Notes under the pieces: model-generated
Seen by the model: the letters and a program-made list of their open reading frames with translations, nothing else
The model's database searches: none
Told to the model about the DNA's origin: nothing
Origin: Gemmatimonadales bacterium
GTDB lineage: Bacteria > Krumholzibacteriota > Krumholzibacteriia > LZORAL124-64-63
Direction of reading: 5' to 3'
Assembly (NCBI GenBank): GCA_019038745.1
Contig: JAHOYV010000029.1
Location: 9,943 to 73,942 of the forward strand
DNA length: 64,000 nucleotides
Shown: one piece after another, positions 58,551 through 64,000 of the stretch
How the letters are laid out: the number at the start of each line of letters is the position of its first letter
Numbering within the stretch: position 1 is the first letter of the stretch
Made by a program: the position numbers and the translations under genes

Positions 58551-58893
58551 GAAGTCCATTCTTTTTCAATCCCGATTCCAGCAAGGTTCCGGGGTGGAGT
58601 TTCCTTTGCGGCAGTATCTTCGTTGCCGAGAGGAGCTGGTCAGCGAGGGAGTCCAAGGCGGATTGTGGGTGGTCTTTGGAGTCACGTTGATTTTCTTTGG
58701 CCGGACTTTGAACGACATGTTCTTGAACCATGGGGATCACTTGAGTCCTATGTACCGCTGGGCTGCCTTGGGAACTCTTTTTGTATTTATACTTTCGGTT
58801 TTGCGTCGACTCTATTACAAAGTGGTTGATATGAAAGAAATCCGCCGAGAGATGGAACGATTGAAAATGGAATTTCGTGGTCCTGAAAAGTGA
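58516..58893 (+). CDS. Hypothetical two-TM membrane protein
   Basis: 125 aa with two hydrophobic helices and a basic or coiled C-terminus. Overlaps the previous ORF in another frame, so the start is uncertain (alternative Met near 58717). Confidence 0.3.
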   Translation: MSVMLISKRSRRKSILFQSRFQQGSGVEFPLRQYLRCREELVSEGVQGGLWVVFGVTLIFFGRTLNDMFLNHGDHLSPMYRWAALGTLFVFILSVLRRLYYKVVDMKEIRREMERLKMEFRGPEK

Positions 58894-60200
58894 GGGTGAC
58901 TGTGGAAAATTTAATTTCTAAATTACAGAATAAGCAAGCGCAATTGGGAGTAATTGGGCTTGGCTACGTCGGGTTGCCCCTGGCCGTTTCCTATGCAAAG
59001 GCCGGTTTCCAGGTTATTGGTTTCGAGCTGGACGAAAACAAGGTCGCTGCCTTGATGCGGGGTGAAAGCTACATCATTGATGTTGCGCAGGAGGATCTCC
59101 AGGAAGTGCTGGCCGCCGGTCGCTTCCGGGCCACAACCGACATGGGCCTGATGCAGGAAGTTGACTCGGTCAATATCTGCGTTCCCACCCCTTTGGGCAA
59201 AACCCGGGATCCGGACATTTCCTATATTCAAGCCGCCGTGAATGCTATCGCACCTCGTCTGCACCGAGGGATGATGGTGATCCTGGAGAGCACAACCTAC
59301 CCCGGCACTACCGAAGAGGTGATTCTGCCCCTGCTTTCGGCTGAGGGGATGGAAGTCGGCAAGGATTTCTTTTTGGCCTTTTCGCCCGAAAGGGTCGATC
59401 CCGGGAACCCGCAATTCAACACGATCAACATCCCAAAAGTGGTGGGTGGAGTAACTCCTGAGTGCACGAAGGTTGCCAGTGCTCTCTATGGCCAAGTAAT
59501 GGAAACGATCGTGCCGGTTTCTTCGGTGCGGGTGGCCGAAACCGTCAAGTTGCTGGAAAACACTTTTCGTTCGGTGAATATTGCCCTGGTCAACGAGATT
59601 GCCTTGATGTGCAACGCCTTGGACATCGACGTCTGGGAAGTTATCGAAGGTGCGGCTACAAAACCGTTCGGTTTCATGCCTTTCTATCCTGGACCAGGTT
59701 TGGGCGGTCACTGTATTCCCATTGACCCCTTCTACCTTTCCTGGAAAGCGAAATTGGCCGGCTCCGAAGCCCGGTTCATCGACTTGGCGGGTCAAGTCAA
59801 CGGGTACATGCCGAAACACGTTTTGCAATTGGTCACCCAGGGTTTGAACGACCAGTCAAAATCCGTACGAGGCAGCAAGGTGTTGGTCGTGGGAGTCGCC
59901 TATAAGGGCGGCATTGATGATGTGCGAGAATCCCCGGCCCTGGACATCATGAATATGCTGGCGGACCTGGGTGCGGAAGTTTCCTGGTATGATCCGCATG
60001 TTCCGGGGTTGGAGACAAGTCGACCGGCCCGGAAATTGGAGAAATGGGACCAGGACAGCATAGGTGCTTTTGATGCCGCAGTTATCGTTACACCCCACGC
60101 GGAGGTCGATCACTCATTGCTCTTGGAGGTCGGCCCTGTGATCATCGACACTAGGAACGCTTTGAAGGGAATCAATTCCGATAAGCTCATTAAGCTGTAG
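58890..60200 (+). CDS. Nucleotide-sugar (UDP-glucose/UDP-GlcNAc/UDP-ManNAc) 6-dehydrogenase family
   Basis: N-terminal Rossmann fold (VIGLGYVGLPLA), catalytic Cys region (GFMPFYPGPGLGGHCIPIDP) and C-terminal UDP-binding domain. Confidence 0.8.
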   Translation: MRVTVENLISKLQNKQAQLGVIGLGYVGLPLAVSYAKAGFQVIGFELDENKVAALMRGESYIIDVAQEDLQEVLAAGRFRATTDMGLMQEVDSVNICVPTPLGKTRDPDISYIQAAVNAIAPRLHRGMMVILESTTYPGTTEEVILPLLSAEGMEVGKDFFLAFSPERVDPGNPQFNTINIPKVVGGVTPECTKVASALYGQVMETIVPVSSVRVAETVKLLENTFRSVNIALVNEIALMCNALDIDVWEVIEGAATKPFGFMPFYPGPGLGGHCIPIDPFYLSWKAKLAGSEARFIDLAGQVNGYMPKHVLQLVTQGLNDQSKSVRGSKVLVVGVAYKGGIDDVRESPALDIMNMLADLGAEVSWYDPHVPGLETSRPARKLEKWDQDSIGAFDAAVIVTPHAEVDHSLLLEVGPVIIDTRNALKGINSDKLIKL

Positions 60201-60214
60201 ACTGGGAGAACGGG

Positions 60215-61174
60215 ATGACCAAGTATCTGGTAACTGGAGGGGCCGGCTTCATCGGATCCCACCTTGCGCGTGAACTCGTTGAAAACGGCCATGAGGTAGT
60301 GGTCCTGGACAACTTGTCCACCGGACGAATTTCCAATTTGGAGGGTTACTTGGAACGGCTCCGTTTCGTGGAGGGGTCGATTACCGAACTGGATACGGTT
60401 TTGGACTGTTGTCAGGGAGTGGATTGCGTATTCCACCAAGCTGCACTACCCAGTGTCCCCCGTAGCGTCCAGGATCCTTTGGCCAGCGATGAAAACAACG
60501 TGGGGGGCACCTTGCGGGTGTTTTGGGGGGCCCACCAGTCGGGAGTTCGGAGGGTTGTGTACGCAGCCAGTAGTTCCATCTACGGTGATACCGAGGAATT
60601 GCCCAAGCATGAGGGGATGCAACCACGACCCATGTCTCCCTACGCGGTCAACAAGCGGGTATCGGAGCTGTACGGAGCCGTCTTCAACGATCTTTATGGT
60701 TTGAGTACAATTGGTCTGCGGTATTTCAATGTTTTCGGACCTCGACAGGATCCTACCAGCCAGTATTCGGCGGTCATCCCCAAGTTCATTACTGCTTTTC
60801 TGAATGGAGAGGCACCGGTCATTCACGGAGATGGTGGGCAATCCCGGGACTTCACCTACATCGCAAACGTGGTGGGCGCCAACCTTGCCGCTGCTGCGGC
60901 GCCCATCGAGGCAGGGGGGCGATCTTACAACATTGCTCTCGGGGGAAGGGTCAGCGTTAAGGACCTGTGTTTCAGGATCAGAAAATTCCTGGGAACGGAG
61001 TTGGAACCCGTGTATGACGAATCCCGGCCAGGTGACGTAAGACATTCCCAGGCTTCGGTTGAACTGGCCCGGAAATTCTTGTCTTACGAAGGGGCCGTTG
61101 ATTTGGATGAAGGTTTGCTACGAACCGTTCGCTGGTATCAGGAAAATCACAGACCAGAGAAGGGAAAAAAATAA
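60215..61174 (+). CDS. NAD-dependent nucleotide-sugar epimerase (WbpP/GalE-like extended SDR)
   Basis: VTGGAGFIGSHL and YxxxK (YAVNKRV), 319 aa. Confidence 0.8.
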   Translation: MTKYLVTGGAGFIGSHLARELVENGHEVVVLDNLSTGRISNLEGYLERLRFVEGSITELDTVLDCCQGVDCVFHQAALPSVPRSVQDPLASDENNVGGTLRVFWGAHQSGVRRVVYAASSSIYGDTEELPKHEGMQPRPMSPYAVNKRVSELYGAVFNDLYGLSTIGLRYFNVFGPRQDPTSQYSAVIPKFITAFLNGEAPVIHGDGGQSRDFTYIANVVGANLAAAAAPIEAGGRSYNIALGGRVSVKDLCFRIRKFLGTELEPVYDESRPGDVRHSQASVELARKFLSYEGAVDLDEGLLRTVRWYQENHRPEKGKK

Positions 61175-62160
61175 TGAAACCGCTCCTTTGCCCAGCGGGA
61201 TTTTTTAACCCACGTCGGATGCAATCTTCTATTCTTTTGTTGGCTGCTCTGTTTATGCCCTTGCAGGCTGTTGGGCAAGGAGTCGGTCAGGTAGAGAACC
61301 CGCCACTGGATATTGGTGACACGGTCCAACTTTCGGTACATGGCAGACCCGATTGGGATTTGGTTTTGATTATAGATGGCGAGGGGCGGGTCGCCATTCC
61401 ACAGGTTGGGCAAATCGCCCTGGCTGGATTGAGTCTTCAGGACGCACACAGGATTCTCCAGCAACGATTAAGGATATTCGATCCGGAGTTGGCTACGATT
61501 CAACTGGAGCTTGGCAATATTGATTCCATAACCATCCAGATTCAAGGGGCCGTCAACATGCCGGGGACGTTCACCTTCGAGAGTCCGCCTTCGGTGTGGG
61601 ATCTTGCTAGAAGAGGAGGGGGTGTTCTGGAAAATGCCGACTTGGGCCTGGCGCGGGTAATTCGCGAAGAATCCGGAGCAGCCAGAATTTATCCCCTGGA
61701 CCTGTCAGCTCTTGTCGTAGGAGGGAGAATTCCGGAATTCACTTTCCAATCCGGAGATGTTTTGCTGATCCCCGAGGGGGAATTCGAGTCTGTCGTGCCC
61801 CATTTGGGGACTGGGACCCAGGTTTTCGGTGCCGTTTTGAATCCTGCTATAGTTCAACTCAATTCTCCCCGCCCCCTGCTGGAAGTTCTCATGCTGGCAG
61901 GGTCCCCACTCGAGAGGGCCAAACTCAGTGAAATCTGGCTCGTTCATACTGAGGCAGGTCGGTTCAGGGCTAAAAAGGTGGACTTGACTCGGTTTCTGAA
62001 AAAAGGGAATCTAGTCGGAAACCCAACGGTCTACCCGGGCGACACTGTAAATGTACCCTACCAGGAAGATGGTTGGTATCGCCGCAACGGGCCCTTGTTT
62101 CTGGGGGCGATGACTGCCGCTGCCACTATATTTTTGGCGTATGACAGAATTTCAGAATAG
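61174..62160 (+). CDS. Polysaccharide export protein (Wza-like: Poly_export plus SLBB domains)
   Basis: Signal peptide. PLDIGDTVQLSV (Poly_export), then SLBB repeats (IQGAVNMPGTF...). 328 aa. Confidence 0.75.
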   Translation: MKPLLCPAGFFNPRRMQSSILLLAALFMPLQAVGQGVGQVENPPLDIGDTVQLSVHGRPDWDLVLIIDGEGRVAIPQVGQIALAGLSLQDAHRILQQRLRIFDPELATIQLELGNIDSITIQIQGAVNMPGTFTFESPPSVWDLARRGGGVLENADLGLARVIREESGAARIYPLDLSALVVGGRIPEFTFQSGDVLLIPEGEFESVVPHLGTGTQVFGAVLNPAIVQLNSPRPLLEVLMLAGSPLERAKLSEIWLVHTEAGRFRAKKVDLTRFLKKGNLVGNPTVYPGDTVNVPYQEDGWYRRNGPLFLGAMTAAATIFLAYDRISE

Positions 62161-62502
62161 CGGACCAAGCGCACCAAAAAGCAAAAACAGCCTTTTATCC
62201 CACCAAACAACAGGGGTTTGAGTATCGTAAAAATTATGTCAAAAAAGTGATAAATTATGGAAAATGCAGCAAAACATCGGAATATATGAGGGGTCTCGTC
62301 AAAAACCTGAAGAGCTTTTCAATAACATGAAAAAGAAAGTTAAATTTTTAACTTGTCATTCGCACCTATTTGAGCTACAATAATTGTCTTAATTGATAAC
62401 CAAGGATTCAAAAGTAGGAGGAGGGTAAACTGGCCATTGGGCCAATCATGGTTTTAGCTTATATATTTTTTTATTTGTCTGTGGGGGACTGGGGAGAACT
62501 GG

Positions 62503-62517
62503 CCGATTAATTATCGG
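62503..62517. promoter_or_regulatory. Near-perfect 15-bp palindrome CCGATTAATTATCGG about 25 nt upstream of the phosphoglycosyl transferase start
   Basis: Palindromic except for one position. Embedded in an AT-rich 383-bp intergenic region. A direct repeat AACTGGCC occurs twice nearby. Confidence 0.3.
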
Positions 62518-62543
62518 TAAACTTTTATTTTTGGAGGGAAAAC

Positions 62544-63335
62544 ATGTCAGATTCCAGGGCCAGAGTAATACAGGATGAGGGTAATTTAACCCTACTTGCT
62601 GGGGGGTTCCACTCCAGTCAGGCTGGAACTGCCGAAAAAATTGTTCACGATGAACCTGAGCGGATGGAATTTCCTCTCTTGCTTCCCGGGAAAATCTATC
62701 TGGGCATAAAACGGGTTTTGGATTTTGTGATAGCCCTTGGTGCCTTGGCCGTGTTCGGGCTTCTTTTACCTGTCATCAGCCTGATCATCAAGCTGGATTC
62801 ACCTGGCCCGGTATTCTATTCCCAAGATCGAGTTGGTTTAAATCGTCGTTCAACTCCGCGGGGAGGTAAGGGTGTCGATCGCCGGAAGATCTTCCAGCCC
62901 GGCCGTCCCTTCCAGGTGCACAAGCTTCGTACAATGAGTGTGAACGCAGAGGCCAACGGGCCTCAGTTGGCTGCAGCCCATGATTGTCGAATCACACGGG
63001 TGGGTCGTTTTCTGCGCCAAACGCGCATTGATGAGATCCCGCAGTTCTGGAATATTTTGAAGGGTGAGATGAGCCTGATCGGCCCTCGTCCCGAACGGCT
63101 GGTCTTTGTTCGGCAACTGGAAAAGGAAATTCCAAATTACAAGGATCGTCTTTTCGTGCTACCTGGTATTACCGGGCTGGCTCAAGTGTTGAACGGCTAC
63201 GACGAGAATCTTGAATCCGTAAAACGGAAAGTCAGGCTTGACCGGGAATACATTCGGAAGTCGGGTTTCCGCCAAGACGGGAAGATCCTGTGTTCAACCG
63301 TTGGGGTTGTAATCAAGGGCGAAGGGGCTCGTTGA
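62544..63335 (+). CDS. Phosphoglycosyl transferase (EpsL/WcaJ C-domain type sugar transferase)
   Basis: DEIPQFWNILKGEMSLIGPRP signature and an N-terminal hydrophobic helix. GGAGGG RBS. Confidence 0.75.
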   Translation: MSDSRARVIQDEGNLTLLAGGFHSSQAGTAEKIVHDEPERMEFPLLLPGKIYLGIKRVLDFVIALGALAVFGLLLPVISLIIKLDSPGPVFYSQDRVGLNRRSTPRGGKGVDRRKIFQPGRPFQVHKLRTMSVNAEANGPQLAAAHDCRITRVGRFLRQTRIDEIPQFWNILKGEMSLIGPRPERLVFVRQLEKEIPNYKDRLFVLPGITGLAQVLNGYDENLESVKRKVRLDREYIRKSGFRQDGKILCSTVGVVIKGEGAR

Positions 63336-63410
63336 GCTAGTTTTCTATTCTTCTGCCGGAACGTCCAATCCTCCCTTGCCTAGCAGGACTGGTGGTAGCA
63401 TAATTCACTT

Positions 63411-64000
63411 ATGAAACCAGTCATACTAGTTATTGATGATGAAGAAGCCATTCGGCTCTTTCTTGAAGCCACCCTCAAAGACGAAGGCTACGATGTTTTG
63501 CTTGCCGCCAACGGGCAAAGCGCCATCGAGCTTCTGGGCCGATCCGTTCCGGATCTGGTCCTGTTGGATTTGATGCTGCCTGATATGAGTGGTATCGAAG
63601 TCCTGAAAAAGATTCGGGAGATGGTACCGCATCTCTGTGTTGTGATGATTACCGCCTACAGTGAGACCGACTCCGCCGTTCAGGCCATGAAGTTGGACGC
63701 CTATGACTACGTGAACAAACCAATCCAACTAGGCAAGCTTTTTAAGGTTATTTCTCGCGGGCTTAATGAATCGGTGGAGGCCCGGGAGCGTTTCAGACTG
63801 TTGGACCATGGGGACTTGTTCGTGGGATTGGATGAGGTCGTTCCCAGCGTGTCGCCCGCCATGCTGGAGGTTTACGATTTAATTCGGAAGATTGCCGGAG
63901 GTGGATCAACCACAGTTTTGATCGAGGGGGAGTCCGGCGTTGGTAAAGATGTAATTGCCAATCAAATTCATCGAAACTCTAGCAGAGCCGACTATCCGTT
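63411..64000 (+). CDS. Sigma-54-dependent response regulator (NtrC family; REC plus AAA+ sigma-54 activator), 3'-truncated by the window
   Basis: REC domain (VIDDEEAIR...D...[11 protein letters not shown]...) followed by sigma-54 interaction domain Walker A ([11 protein letters not shown]). Continues past position 64000. Confidence 0.7.
   Translation, partial: MKPVILVIDDEEAIRLFLEATLKDEGYDVLLAANGQSAIELLGRSVPDLVLLDLMLPDMSGIEVLKKIREMVPHLCVVMITAYSETDSAVQAMKLDAYDYVNKPIQLGKLFKVISRGLNESVEARERFRLLDHGDLFVGLDEVVPSVSPAMLEVYDLIRKIAGGGSTTVLIEGESGVGKDVIANQIHRNSSRADYP

Noticed and set aside
63375-63400. Sigma-54 promoter (GG-N10-GC) upstream of the response-regulator gene
   Set aside because: Only a loose GG-N10-GC spacing match (AGGACTGGTGGTAGCAT) with little similarity to the TGGCAC-N5-TTGCW consensus. 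Such matches occur by chance.

Overview
This 64-kb window is roughly 57% GC by eye, gene-dense and almost entirely plus-strand. It reads as a core chromosomal region of a diderm bacterium: an LpxL-like lipid A acyltransferase, split heptose kinase and adenylyltransferase, and a PilQ secretin are all present. Several features hint at FCB-superphylum affinity: a short 284-aa RpoD-like sigma factor lacking region 1.1, RNase Y, small proteins resembling DUF4834 and DUF4837, and a sigma-54 response regulator beside exopolysaccharide genes. Ribosome-binding sites are nonetheless conventional AGGAGG-type. Gene order, start to end: partial pilP and pilQ; aroK-rsmD-coaD-obg-dprA; an lpxL-like gene followed by an ABC-2 exporter (ATPase plus two permeases); DUF3467 on the minus strand; separate hldA and hldC genes; a P-loop protein resembling cyclic 2,3-diphosphoglycerate synthetase; sucC-sucD-ndk; yceD-rpmF-plsX-fabD-fabG-acpP-fabF-rnc followed by a TPR protein and a hypothetical; an ECF sigma, anti-sigma and lipoprotein; an orphan ParA-like ATPase; on the minus strand an MBL hydrolase and myo-inositol-1-phosphate synthase. 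Next comes a glycan-assembly operon: phosphoglycosyl transferase, Gfo/Idh/MocA oxidoreductase, GT4, then tRNA-Gly, tRNA-Cys and tRNA-Leu, then GT4 and GT2. After that: dnaK; an rpoD-like gene; an IS1-like insertion sequence with 22-23 bp terminal inverted repeats; tRNA-Val; thrS-infC-rpmI-rplT-pheS-pheT; a zapB-like gene and zapA; rny; folD; ispA, a DUF212 protein, dxs, nadK and recN; tRNA-Arg; and two small membrane proteins. The window ends at the start of an exopolysaccharide locus: nucleotide-sugar dehydrogenase, epimerase, Wza-like exporter, a second phosphoglycosyl transferase and a sigma-54 response regulator cut off by the window edge. I found no CRISPR array, no rRNA, and no recognisable phage, defense or toxin-antitoxin island. 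I did not find a single striking novel system, so the follow-up candidates below carry modest scores. Every functional call rests on by-eye motif and architecture recognition and needs HMM or BLAST confirmation. Promoter calls assume sigma-70-like specificity, which may not hold for this lineage.
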